NCBI GenBank assembly: GCA_017654855.1
Contig: CM030334.1
Location: 3,038,001 to 3,102,000, forward strand
DNA length: 64,000 nt
Source: Podospora anserina
Lineage: Eukaryota
Reading direction: 5' to 3'
In this document: positions 32,570-45,030 of the stretch, piece after piece
How positions within the stretch are numbered: the first letter of the stretch is position 1
How the letters are laid out: every line of letters starts with the position of its first letter
Made by a program: the position numbers and the translations under genes
The notes under the pieces: generated by a model
Told to the model about the DNA's origin: nothing
Databases searched by the model: none
The model's input: the letters and a program-made list of their open reading frames with translations, nothing else

Positions 32570-33507
32570 TTATATTCCTATCATACTCTTCCCCAGCCCC
32601 ATCCCTGGATCAGGCCTCAACCCAACTGCCGCTACTTCCCTTGCCTCAAGGGCACTGAGAAAGTCAACTGCGGTTTTGAGAGTAACCTTAATCACATTAT
32701 CGTTGAGCTTGGTGCCAAAGGTCAGGATCTTGTCTTGTGGGATAGCCTGGAAATCAATGGGTGCGCTCAAGTCTCCCTCCATCCCCGTCCGGACCAGAAA
32801 GACTGGCAGGCTGCCAATCTCTGCTGATGGCTGGTACCGACAACGAACAGGAACAACGATCAAGAGAAGAGCCTTAAACAGATGTTGGAGAACATAGCGC
32901 TGGGTTGGATTTTCCCTGGCGATAAATTCTCTGCAGCCTCTTTCGTTGCTCGTCTCGTATTGCCTCCGGACAATGGGTTCTGTGAGATAAAGTTTCGGAT
33001 AAGCCTCGATGGCAGCACAGAGGGCCTTGTTGAGTGAGATGAACTCGTCGATAGAATCTTGCGTGGGGTCGAGGTGGTCGCTCTCTGCATAGTGTGTGTG
33101 GCATGCATCTTTGAGGTAGAGAAATTTGCAAAGGAAGCACCGCCCTTCAATCTCGGTTCGATACAGTTTGAACCATCGGCGATAGATGTGATTGTGAAGA
33201 AAAGTATAGACCGGCCCCATACTTGCGGGCGCCGGCACAAAGTAGAGAGGGAACGACTTATTGTATATGTCTTCATATTGGTAGGAAACCAAACCTTTCA
33301 GGTCTGGCTGGGCGAGTCCTTCGGCTGATACGCCGAAGAGGCAGCGTTGGTAAATGTAGTGGTGATGGTCACTTTCTGCAGAGCAACGAGTGTTCAATTC
33401 TTAAAGTCTGGATCCTTCTCCTCCTTGGCAATTCGCTCCCAATACGAAAGACGAGGCTCAGTCTTGGTCCTGGGTTCGACGACTGTGGTCTGTTCAGAAG
33501 TAACCAT
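32570..33507 (-). pseudogene. Hypothetical protein, probably frameshifted near its 5' end
   Basis: The 275-codon protein-like ORF (32570-33397) has no nearby ATG and a TAA just upstream. ATG 33507 reads MVTSEQ...EKDPDFK and would join it if one base were added near 33398-33400. Confidence 0.55.
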
Positions 33508-33882
33508 CTTGAGGTATGTCGAGAATAAATGGTGGAGGGTCTGTTGAGGGTAAGATGAGATGGGAGATGAAGAATGAGGTTGTGACTATGGGTAGGTCTG
33601 GAGGTAAAGTTCTGGTGTAGGTGAGAAAATAAAAGAAACGAATGCATGCTCTCTAAATATTTGATGGCTTGGGTGACTGACTGAGAGCATGAAAGAGGAG
33701 CAAACTTTGTCTTGCTCCAGTCAACCGCCACAGCAACCAGGCTTTGCTAGTGTACCAAGCGCCGCACTCAAAACGAAACCATAGTTATGTAAAAAAAGAT
33801 ATCGCTGCAGTGGCGTTCTTTGTGTGAAAGAAGCCAAAAGAAACCGCCATCGCTAAGATGAAAAAAAGTAAGCAAAAGAATA

Positions 33883-33989
33883 TGGGAACTGTGAGGCTCG
33901 AACTCACGACCTCAGGATAGCTCTGGTGTTGCACATCCAGATCATACATTCGTATGAGACCTGCGCTCTTCCAACTGAGCCAAGCTCCC
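33883..33989 (-). tRNA. tRNA-Met(CAT), elongator type, with 34-nt intron
   Basis: Acceptor stem GGGAGCT/AGTTCCC-A, D arm GCTC-AGTTGGAA-GAGC, anticodon arm CAGGT-CTCATA[intron 33952-33919]A-TCCTG, T arm GTGAG-TTCGAGC-CTCAC. Length is 73+34 nt. Confidence 0.95.
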
Positions 33990-34537
33990 TGTACAACTTG
34001 ACATATCCTGATTGGTGGAGATTAGCCTCATGAAGTGTTTTGGTCCAACCAAAAGTCAATGACGAGCAAAGATCACCTTTCCAAGATAACTAACTCCCTC
34101 ACAGCAGAACCGACCACCCAACATGTACAAGTCTCATCACACGCAGAATTGCAGCCAAGAACATTGAAAAGCAGAGGGGAATCATTTCATTCAGGTCCGG
34201 TTGCCGCAGTCAGGCAACCCCATCGTCATCATCGATCATCTAGGTGTAGTAAAGCAGATCTACTACTTTGTGCTATGGTACAGAGAGGTATATCGGAAAG
34301 AACCCAACGTGTGTCCTCGTCGGATCCGTCCAGAGGTGGTGTAGGGAGTTGTGGTTTGAAAAGGACGCAGTTGCTCATCATCAACGCCGCCCGAACCCTT
34401 GATCTAATGCAAGAAAAAACTCTAAGAGCAAAGAACTCCCCCTGGTGTCTCTTTCGCTCTCTATTAATACAACCCAGCCAAGGAAAATAGAAAAAAGCAG
34501 ACTTTTACGCCGAAAAGTAAGTCTCTAGATCTATTAC

Positions 34538-35395
34538 TTAAGCGGTAGACTCCTTGAGGAAACTAGAGGGAAACAGTGTTAGTGCCATTCTGGGCGCAAG
34601 GGTACCGTAACCGAAGAGCACATACGTGATGAGGTCATTTCTGTCCTTGTCCTTCTTGAGACCACCGAAAGCCATCTTGGTGCCGGGGATGTACTTCTTG
34701 GGGTTCTCGAGGTAGTCGAACTGAGCAAGTGTTAGTTGCGAGTCTGGATCTCGTTGTACAGTTCACGGAAAACATACGAGGGTCTGGTCATCCCAGACAA
34801 CACCCTTCTGCTTGTTGGCATCGGTGTAGGCGTAGCCCTCAACGGTACCAGACTTGCGTCCGAAAAGGCCGTGGAGCGCAGGACCGATCTTGTTGCCGCC
34901 GCCAGCCTCAAGGGTGTGGCACTGAGCGCAACGGGTCTTGAAGAGGTTGGCACCCTTCTTGGAATCACCTATCCGGGAGGAAAACCGCGAGTCAGTCATT
35001 TGCTGTTCAGATCATGGTGGTGGTGGTGTTTCCGGCGTCTGCGTGATTCTCGACGTGCTCGTTCTAGTGTGCGGCGGCTCTGACTACTACGGCCCTTCTC
35101 CCCAGTGCGCAGCTCAAGATGCGCCCAGGGAAAATACCGCATAAGCAGGAGCGGTGAGGACAGGACCGTAGGCAGTAGCAACATTCAGGTACTGGCAGTA
35201 TGTCGGCGAGGTCGGATGGAGGTCATATGTAGAATGTCTTCAGACGGCTGCTGGCCACGTCATGGGTGCCAATGGCTTGGTGACGAAGAGTTCAGGCGTC
35301 CCTCGCAAAGAACGAACCGAGCAGAATTCACGAGGCCGGAAACATGGCGGGCAGTGTGTAGCTGAGGGGCAGGACCTACCGGCTCCGACAGGCAT
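34538..35395 (-). CDS. CYC1: Cytochrome c, 4 exons
   Basis: [23 protein letters not shown] (CXXCH), [10 protein letters not shown] and [21 protein letters not shown]. Exons 35395-35380, 34968-34778, 34720-34626 and 34562-34538, with GT-AG introns of 411, 57 and 63 nt. Confidence 0.97.
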
Positions 35396-36081
35396 TTTGA
35401 TAGATTTATGGGGTTGATGTGAGGTAGGTAGGTGTGGTGGTTATTAGACAATTAAGTTGGTGAACAGGAGTCAAAGGCGCAAAAGGTAGACGAGGAAGAA
35501 AAGAGGGAGAAGAAAAACAGGATGAGCCGTTAGTAAAAAAAAAAAAAAAGTTGGCTCAACGCCTCTCTTTGCCGCTGCGTGCCGGAATTTTTTGAGCAAC
35601 CGGCCACGAACATGGCTCTTTTCGTCACTCAATGACCTCCGCCAAGCCTACATCATCAGTCAAAGGAGCCACACTGGGGCTGGAGAATGTGGGGCTGACG
35701 ACAGACCACAGCCAATCATGACCGCATCTTTAGTCATTCAGCGCGGGCAATGTCGGAAGTGCCCGGTATCGCAGCCTGTCGTCCGAGCTTCCTGTGGCTT
35801 CAACGCAGCCATCCTGGTCCTAGTGCGCACGATGCGCTAGCAGCCAAAAAACGGAAAAACGAACGAGCTTCCAAAACGCTAAGCCACATGGGGGAATTGG
35901 CCAACCAGAGCAGCTCCTCCAGGCAAGCACTGACGCAAGTTTTTTTGCTGCACCGTTTTCCCCTCGATGCATCGCCGATTGAGCCGCACCCAACGAGACC
36001 ACGCCATTGGACTGTTTTTTGGGCTTTAAGATAGCCTCACATACACTCAATACACACCAAGTCAAAAGACCACCAAGAAAC

Positions 36082-36964
36082 ATGGCCTCAACAGCATCAA
36101 TCCCCCGCTTTCTCCTCCCCCAACGAGGCCTAATCTGGAGACGCCTCTCCCCCGCGAACACCACCTCCCCCGTCGTCCTCGTCCGCTTCTCCTCCACATC
36201 CCAATCCAAAGACGGCAAACCCCTCGTCCTCGAAAAGCCCGAACGCTTCGTCCCCCCATCACATGGCTCCCGTCTCCCCGGCTCCCGCCGTTCAACCCTC
36301 GGCGACGGCCCCCGCCACTACGGCGGTGACCTCTCCGAGTCTGAACTAAAAGCACAAGCCAAAAAGGACTACCCCATGACCCCTCCCCCCGAGGGCACCT
36401 GGGCGCATTGGTTCTTTTCCCAAAAATGGGTTCACATCACCGTCACCCTTGTTTGTCGCCCTCCAAGATTCGCCACCCCTTGCCCCAGGTTGTATCTCTA
36501 ACAAATGTGAACAGGGCACCCTTACAGCCCTCAGCATATGGACCTTCACCCTAAACTACAAGCACAACACTCCCTTCGGCGACATGCTCCCTCCCATGTC
36601 CGACTTCTTCTGGCACCCCATCTCGTCCACCCGCGCCCTCGTCGAAGTCATCCGCCTCAACGAAGCTCACAACACTGCCCGCATCCAAGAAAAGAGAAGA
36701 AAACTCGTCGAGGACGTCGCCAAAAGGACAGCGTATAGGAGAGCGCACGGCTTGCCAGAGGAGTACGGCATGTTTGGACTCAAGAAGGCCACCATTGACC
36801 CAGACCAGGTGTTTGGCACAGAGGGTGGTGAGAAGAAGGAGCAGCAAGGGACAACGGTGGTGGACGATGCCTCGCCTATCGCTCCGGAACCAAAGCGATT
36901 GACGGACGAGCAGCAAAAGGAGATGGTGGGTGAGCTGAAGAAGAAGTGGCTGGGTATCTTTTGA
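36082..36964 (+). CDS. Hypothetical, probably mitochondrial single-pass membrane protein, 2 exons
   Basis: Arg/Ser-rich presequence-like N-terminus (MASTASIPRFLLP..RFSST), LEKPERF.PPSHGSR, and a TM segment spanning the intron at 36451-36514 (GTTTGT...CTAAC...CAG). Confidence 0.8.
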
Positions 36965-37119
36965 TATTCCTCCTTCTCATAGAGTCTGCCACATGAAATG
37001 TGAACGTAACATGTAAAATTATGTACAAACAACGTCCACAACGGCCGAAAGGCGTAAATAAATCTATACCCCTTTCTTTCTTGACCCTCAGAATCCTCCC
37101 TTGACAATTCCCCCCTGTC

Positions 37120-38327
37120 TCAAGAAGTGTCAACCCCCTCCAAAGCATCCAGCACCTCATCCGCCACCCCACCTCTAACCAGCACCTTTTGCACCAACGC
37201 CCCCATCACAACAGCCTTGGCACCACCCCTAGGCGGCTTCCAAACACCCTCCACAGCCTCGCTCTCCGTCTGCCTCGCCTCGGGCATCTTCTGGTTCGCA
37301 CCCGTACTCACAACCTGCGCATGCCCATAAGCGCTATTCGCCGCGTTGGCCACCCCCGGCGGCGTCAGTCTCGAAGGCGGGTCCACCGTCCTGATAGACA
37401 ATAGCTTCAGATTCCTGCCCGAGTTGTTGCTCCTCCCATCCACATCCATCCCACCCTCTCGCGACGAAGCGTCATCCCCAACCGAAACAGCCAGCACCAC
37501 ATCCGCCACTGCCAGCTCCTCCTTGCTCGGATCAAAAATGACATTCCCCCCCACCGCCATCACCAGCAACGTCACAGGCGGGCGTTCGGTAACTCTTTTC
37601 GTGGTCGGGTTTCGTGCGTACAGATACGGCGCCGCAGCCCAGTCGTCGTCAAAAAACGGGTCTTCATCCCCTTCTGACTTGAGTTTAGGGAGGCGGGTGG
37701 CCAGAAGGGCGAGGTGGGTTGTTAATGACAGCAATGGAAGCGGATACGAAAGCGGCGGGCTGATCAACAAAATCTACACCCCAAAGTTAGCACCACCACA
37801 CCATCACTCTCTCTCTCTCTCTCTCTCTCTCTCAAACAAACAAAACTCACATCAAGATAAAGCTTCCAATGAAACCGTCTATTAATCCTCAACCGCCTCA
37901 CAAACCCCCCATCAGCAAGCAGCGCCTCACAAAGCATCTGCCCCAAAAACACCGTCCCACTATCATCGTCCCTGTACCCCGGAATCTCAACCGTGAGCTC
38001 AACCCAATCACTACTCCCCTGCTCCTCCCCCTCATCTTGTTCTTCTCCTTCTTCCTGGTTTTGATTCTCCCCAAAGATAGTATCGTCATCCCACCTCCGC
38101 CTCGTCTTTTCCACTTCTGCCTTCACCCCCACGATCGCCTCTGTCCCGTCCGCGAAGCAGATCCGAGCCGAGCCGTTCGTCCCAGGCAGGATCCCCGTCT
38201 CGGCGGACAAAGGCCGGTACTGAGTCGGCGAGCGGCCGTCGGGGCGGATGGGGGGGTTGAGACTGAGGGAGGTGTGGAGGTAGGAGAGCTCGGCGGGGGA
38301 GAGGTGGACGTTTGTGGAGGAGGCCAT
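37120..38327 (-). CDS. RRP42: Exosome complex component, RNase PH-like, 2 exons
   Basis: LSPAELSYL, IRPDGR..QYRP, TNGSAR, VGVKAEV, WKLYLD|ILLISPPLSYP, L..TRLP and IFDPSKEE. The intron at 37850-37774 contains a (GA)n run. Confidence 0.9.
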
Positions 38328-38966
38328 CTTTTTCTTCTTCTTTTTCTTTTCCCTGGTGGTGGTAGGTGTCTAAATCAGGGCGCGCGATCAGGCCCCAGTT
38401 GGGATTGACTGTGGGAAAAAAAGTTACGGTAACCGCAAATCGCCCTGGGAGGAGTTGTCGTGTCGCGGCAAGGCTGTCGCAAATCAAAAGTTTCGGAGAG
38501 ACAGTTGCTAGGCGGGGCACTTTTTTCCCCCCTGCTTGCTGCTCCAAAAAAAAAGTCGCTGGATTGGCGAGGCTGTTGGTGTGGGGGGTGAGGCTGGAGA
38601 AAGCTCCAAAAGCTGAATCACCCAGATTGACAGGGGAGTAGCTCTGCCTCAGCTGTGGATCTCCATCACTAACCCCACACCATGGCGTCTAGCCCCTTTC
38701 TCGTCACTCTTAACAACCAGTTTTTTTGTTTACTTTCTCATTGATGAACCTCTCAGATGTACATGTGCAATCTTTTTTTTTGCCTATTGTTACCTCTCAA
38801 GAAAACTGTTCTGTTTATCCAGCTAAAATCTCGAGAAGCCTCCCAAAACACACTAATAATACTATTATCCGCTGAATTAATTCCGCTGAAGGGTGGGTTC
38901 GAACCCTGCTGCCAAAGGTGTCCTATACACCAGCTTTTACCCATATCCTTAAACACTCCCTTCCCC

Positions 38967-41900
38967 TCACTGAACACCATTCGCCGTCTCCAAGAAATCC
39001 TCGGGAATCTTCCAGTCGTGCGCGCCCGCAGCCCGTCTGTACGCCTCAATCGCCTCCCCAACAGCATAGTCTTGGTGCCGTTGCCCCTTGACAACAGGAG
39101 CCAAACGTGCCGGACGTGGATCCTCACTCAACAAGGCCATCCGAATCTGCATCAACACACTCTCCATGCTGCTCACAGGACTCCATCCCGTCGAAGTCAG
39201 TAGTTCCATGCACATCGCCCCGCCCACCGTCATATGACCACCGCCTCCCTGCTGAAAGCCTAGAAATCTCGGGCGAATGGCCCGTACAAACGGCGGGTCA
39301 AACGGGAACGACTTTGGAAAGCGAATCTCAAAGACGAGTGACTTGACATCGGCTTTCTTCATGTCCCTGGCAAGCGGCGTGGAGGGCTCGAAAGAGTGAA
39401 GCTCGACGATCCACTGGAAGAGATTCTCGATTCTGTCAAAGTCAATGTACCATCCCAATTCGTGCAATGGTGTCCTGGTCTGTAAAACTTGAAGGCTTTT
39501 GAGCTCACGACTCAGTGCCTTGATCGCAGACTCATTTCCACTCAACGGGGGCGGTAGATTAGGAAGTGCCGAGAAATCGAGTGTGCCGGGGACAAAGTCA
39601 GTCATCGCCATGTCATGGGCGGGTCTGTAATGTAAAGTTAGCAAGCCGTTACGTCCACAAGGGCGTGATATTTACTGACGGTGTAAGTCCAAGCTTCGCG
39701 CGATCCCCCTGCGCCGTGATCATTTTCTTACGGCGTTGAGCGACTGGTCCATTTGTCTCTGTGTCGCTAACCAAGAGAGCTACGTCTACGGCATCTTCGT
39801 CCTCGCTAAGTTCGGGGCTGTCACGCACTCGCTTGGCCAGCAAAGTTGAGGTGGTTGCATCCGTCCCCGCTACCTGAATTGTTCTCAAAGGGATGGCAGA
39901 CAGAGGGATCTTGAGGACGGCAGAATTTTCACCCTTTACCTCACGTCCCTTTTGCTGTGTGCGCATAGGCACCGCACCCTTGCCGTGGGTGCTGGGAGGT
40001 GTGGATGCTCCAACGTTGGGTTTGGTTGTAACGTTGGATTTGTTACGCGCCAGGGTATAGCTACCATGTGGAGTAACCGGAACCGGAGTTGAAGCCTGTG
40101 TTGAAATCTGAGTTGAAGCCTGAGTTGAAGCCTGAGTTGAAGCCTGAGTTGAAACCTGCGTTGAGCACAACTCAGGTCTCGGTTTCACAAACAGGTAGCG
40201 ACACTGTTGCCAGTCCAACTGACTCACAACATAGTGTGGGGCGGCCGAGACAAACTCCTCGGGCACATTGATGATCTCGTTCAGGCTCATGCACTGCGTG
40301 ATCTGGAGATCAGAGTTGGGCCATGTCATACCACTTTGTGCATAGTAGATACTCGTGTTGAAATCTGGACTGAAATAGACCCCGTTGCCATAGGCACGGC
40401 CGCACGCGACAACCTTGAAATCCAGGCCTGTTCGCAAGATGCTGTGCCAATTAGCAAGATTGCTCCCATGCCACGCCAGAATGGTAGGATGACCCTTGAA
40501 ATCTTTTCTGCTAGCAATTTGTTGGAGTGCCCGAGAGAACTGGCGTTCTTTCTCGGGCGAGCCTTGGGCAAACCGGAACTGAACCCATGAGTCCATTCCC
40601 AAGATGCGCTGGTGCTGTCGATCTCGTCCCTTTCCTGCTGGTTGTTCTGGATTTTCGGGTGATGCTCGATATCGGCGGCGATCAACTTGATAGATGCAAG
40701 ATCTGTTGGATGAGACGATCCACTGCAAAATGGAAGCTGCGGCAGGTGATATTCCGTCCATGTCCTTGAACAAACATCGCGGATGACTTGTCAACCATGC
40801 CTCCATCTGAAGAATGGAAGGGAGGTTCTCGAGAATTTGTCTCATGGCGTGGCCTTTATCGGCATCAGGCAGATCATCGAAGTCGGTGTCGTAGGGAAAC
40901 ACTCTCACGGGCGCGCCAGCAATGCCAACTGGCGCCTGGAGAAGCCCCCGTTGATCGACGGGAAGAGCAGTATATGAATGCCCCGGCCTAATCGAAAGTA
41001 CGGCGGTGCTGCTTGGAAGGTGAACCTCCTCTACTCGTCCGTGTTGAATCATATTGTCGGTGGTAACCCAAGCAATCCACTTGTACCCAGCCAGTTGTCG
41101 GATGTCGTCCATGTTCTCACAGAGAACCAGCCTATTACCATTCAGGAACCCCCTCCACTTGCAGCCTGTCACGTTTAGTAGATTTGGTACTTTAAATCGC
41201 AGGCCAACCGGGAGGTTGCGTATCGCCCCATAGCCGACGCTGGATGGTTGTGCTGCAGAGCCGACGCCGATTACCTGGGCTGTAGAGCCGACGCCGGTTA
41301 CCTGGGCTGCAGAGCTGATGCCGAACGGTTGTAGCGCATTCCGATGACCAGAAGGGTCTGAAACCGCGGCGTAGCAAAGGCTGACGAGGAGATCAACCAC
41401 ATACGGCTCGTTGAGGATCATGGGCTCGATGCTGGGGCCAAATCCCATTGACATGTACTGAAACAAGCAAAGAGGGTTATCGCAGACATATGGTTGGAGT
41501 GCCTCGAACTCAGCTTCGATTTTCTGATGACATCTCAGACAGTATTCGGTGCACCTGATGATGTAGCGCATAGCAAACTGCATCGCCACCAAAGGAAAGC
41601 TTCTCTCGCCTCCATGGGCATCTTTCAAGTGATCCCCCAGCAGTGGATGGCGTTCCGGCCTGGCATCAGACACGGATTCATCGGTCGGGACTGGATCGTC
41701 CGGTTGGGTTACGCAGTTCTGGTAGTGGCGATTTGCCTGGTCCCAGTCGTAGCCCGTTCTCTCTCTGGTCTTCACGATCGAAATAAAGCTCTCGTTCAAG
41801 AACTGATCCAACGAGTTGGAAATGAAAAACTTCTGAAGTGCTTCGGTGTCCGAAGCCTGAGCTGTTTGCCCTTCGTCGTCATCTTCTGGTCTCACGCCAG

Positions 41901-42741
41901 GATTCGTGACAGTAATAAATGCGTTCCTTGCTTCTTGCTCCGATGGCTTGTACTTTTTGCACTTGCGAATTCGAAAGCTGACCTGGATTGAGGATACTGC
42001 CTTCTCGATGACAGTCTCGAGCGGGCTGTAGCCATCAAAGCGCAGCAAAAGCACAATGTATTCGCTAGCCTCCAGGTTCCACGCCTCCAAAACCTCCTCC
42101 GACAGCCCCAGGCTCTCAACTCGCACCGAGATCGAAACGATGCCATAGATGGATGTCTGGGCGAAGCTAGAGACAAGCCCAATTTTGAAGCCGGCATTGT
42201 GTACTTGGCGCAAGTCGCGCTTCAGGCGTGAAAGCAACAGCTTATCCGTCGGGGATAGTGCAATCAGCTCCTTGGCCGTTGCATTTTTGGGTCGACCTGA
42301 CCCCTCTTTTAGCCCGAAGAGTTCGTCATCGTAATCGTCGTCGGCCTCGGATTGGAAGCCAAACTCATCGTCGCTCATGTCTCCCTCGTCTTGATCCTCC
42401 GACACACCTCCCGTCAAACTCATCTGCTTGGAGATCTCTGAAGCTACCTCGTAGACTGTTAGACCTATGAGATAGTCGGCAGTTCTCTTGATCAACTTTT
42501 CGATAGGAGCTGGCGGGTCATCCTCGGTATATATCATGAATGAGTTGTTGTCAGGGTAGTCGCCGGTATCCTGCGCCAACAAATGAAGCCGTACTTTTCG
42601 GCCAAGCTCGGGGTGTTGGAGTGACAAGACGATCTCGCCATCAGAAATGCCATCTTTGAGGTCTAGAACTCCAGCGAGGCCACCGCCAGTGATCTTCTGT
42701 CGGGCGGTGCCCACGTCGGCCTTGAACCGCTTCAGTGTCAT
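38967..42741 (-). CDS. PARP-like ADP-ribosyltransferase fused to a C-terminal UBE2Q-like ubiquitin-conjugating domain, 2 exons
   Basis: Cys cluster YCLRCH...PYVCDNPLC and PARP signature AWHGSNLANWHSILRTGL...YGNGVYFS..TSIYYA. The intron at 39679-39625 (GTCAGT...GCTAAC...CAG) joins in frame to FEIRFPKSFPFDPPFVRAIRP and GGGHMTVGGAMCMELLT..GWSP (active-site Cys). Confidence 0.9.
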
Positions 42742-43806
42742 GGTGTTTCTGTTTTCTGAGGTAATGATATCGCAAGTTTCGTCGTCTGGTAATTAGTGAG
42801 GACGGTGTGCGGGCCTGGCTAATGTTTTTGGAGTGTCACGCCAGCCAGCGGGAGATGATGAAATCGGACTGGTTGGGTTGGCGGGACGAAGTGTTGTCCT
42901 TTGCTGATTTGCTGGAGAAGTGGTGGGGGAAGAGATGGTACCAGACTACTTGCTGCCTCAAGAGGTGAAAGTGAACGATGATGATACCAGGGCCAGTGGG
43001 GAGTTGCTAGGAAGGATAAAATGGCGAGCCCGCAGTGTAACTCGTGAAACGATTAGATTCACTACATCGGACGAAGGAAGAAAGAAAATTCAATGCCGCA
43101 GAGGCTGCTCCCTGTGAAAGGTCAATTCACCTTTTCAGAGTTTGGCGAGGTGAGGGGAGAAGCGTCAAGACAGTTAAGTTGGTTTGAAGGAGAGCACCGC
43201 GCTGGCTGCACTCAAGGCAGCAACCGCGGGGCAGAGTTCCAACCTCCCAGCCACTGCGAGGCTTGACAAACAACACAGCAGCAACACTCTCAGCCTTGCT
43301 TGTAGTAGGGACCCAAACAGCTGTGAATCACAACAAAATGATTCTTTTATATATTCAGTTCCATCACGATCATGATTTCTCTCTCGTCTCTTCTTTTAGT
43401 TGTCACATTGTGTGGCGTCAGCCCCCAAGGCTCAAAAGTCCACCATTGACAAGATGAAGCTTTGAGGCCTGAGACACATGGTCAATGCTCCATTGAGGCG
43501 CTGATAGGCTTGCATCACAAAAGCCATCTGAATAACTCTATCAGAACCTGGAACACATGTTCACGTCCAAGGCCAAGCCTCAGGTATAAGTCGACTTCCT
43601 TTGTAGGAGGCACACTGTGGAGTTCGAGCCGCCACCCGCCGCACAGCTGTCAACCTGTCAAAGTCTTGGCAGCACAGTGACCACATCCAACCTCATGCAA
43701 GGGTATTACTGTCATCTCATCTCACTCATCTCACTCACATCTCACCTCCCAGAGCCTCACTCACCAACACCAATCTCACAAGCCCCCTCACCAAACCAAA
43801 GTCATC

Positions 43807-45030
43807 ATGGCCTGGGACTCCAAAACCACCACCCGCCGCCGCCAAAGCAGCGCAGCCTCCCGAACTCGTGACATCGCCATCCACGCCAGAAACCAATCCC
43901 GCCAACCCGCCCAACCCCTATCCGACCACGTCGCCGATCCTTTCCTGGCCGACTTCCTCTCCCCCACCTTCGACCCAGCGACCTACCTAAACAACACCCT
44001 CCCCCAACTCCAAACCTCCCGCTCTCCCCCCAACCAACCCCCCCCCAACTCCCTCCCCCTCTCCGACCTCTCCATCACCACCCAGTCCTCCCTCTCCCAA
44101 CTGTCCGCCCACACAACCCGCCTAACCACCATCCTAACCCAACTAACCGACGAAATAATCCGCTCCGGCTCCCGCCTAGCCTACGAGGTCGAAGTCCTCC
44201 GAGGCGAGACAATCTCCCTAACCGAAACCCTCACCGAAACCCTTGACTCGCCAATTTCAAAGTTCATCCCCGGAGGAGGCATAAAATCCATCCTCCACCC
44301 CTCATCTTCAGAATCCAACCCTGCCCCCACCACCACCACCAGCAGATCCCGCGCTTTATCCTCCCTCCCCCCTCCCCCTCCTCCTCCCTTGGAAACCCCC
44401 CCCATCCCGGACCCGGAATACATCTCCCAACTCCGCACCCTCTCCCTCGTCCGCTCCCGCCTGGCAGAAACGCAGGCAACCTTTGGCTCTGCCATGTCCT
44501 TTGTTTTTCCCCCGTCGGAAACCTCTGTTTCTTCCTCTTTTTTGTCGGTATCTGCCCCTGACACGGGCGCGCTTTCTACCGAGGAGAAGGGGCAGCAAGT
44601 CCTGAAGGAACTGAGGCAAGAGATTTTGGATTTGCTAGATAATAAGGAGGATCCTATCAAGGGGGTTGAGGACGCAGCGAAAAGGGTGGAGGAGCTGAAG
44701 GATCTGTGTCAGGTTTGGAAGGGGACCGCGGAGGAGAGGGGACGACAGAAATTTGTGGAGGGGTTGGCTAGGCTTGTGGGGGAGAGGCATGAACGGCTTG
44801 TGAGGGAGGTGACTGGGCAGGGGCATAGGAGGGGGGAGAGTAATGGGGGGAGTGGGAGTAATGGGAGGTTACAACAGCAACAGGAGGAGGGGGAGAATAA
44901 AGAGGGCGATAATAAGGGAGCAGCAGCGGCAGGGCAAGGAGGTGGTGGTAATGCTGCTGCTGCTGGGGGCGGAGGGTATGGTGGGTATGGGCTTATCAGT
45001 CAGTTGCAGAAGTTGAGGGGGGGGATATAA
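43807..45030 (+). CDS. Helical protein with a Vps51/COG-like N-terminal motif (possible COG7-like tethering subunit)
   Basis: Intact 407-aa ORF. FLSPTFDPATYLN followed by a coiled coil resembles CATCHR tether N-termini. The gene is well supported, but the family call is tentative. Confidence 0.55.
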   Translation: MAWDSKTTTRRRQSSAASRTRDIAIHARNQSRQPAQPLSDHVADPFLADFLSPTFDPATYLNNTLPQLQTSRSPPNQPPPNSLPLSDLSITTQSSLSQLSAHTTRLTTILTQLTDEIIRSGSRLAYEVEVLRGETISLTETLTETLDSPISKFIPGGGIKSILHPSSSESNPAPTTTTSRSRALSSLPPPPPPPLETPPIPDPEYISQLRTLSLVRSRLAETQATFGSAMSFVFPPSETSVSSSFLSVSAPDTGALSTEEKGQQVLKELRQEILDLLDNKEDPIKGVEDAAKRVEELKDLCQVWKGTAEERGRQKFVEGLARLVGERHERLVREVTGQGHRRGESNGGSGSNGRLQQQQEEGENKEGDNKGAAAAGQGGGGNAAAAGGGGYGGYGLISQLQKLRGGI

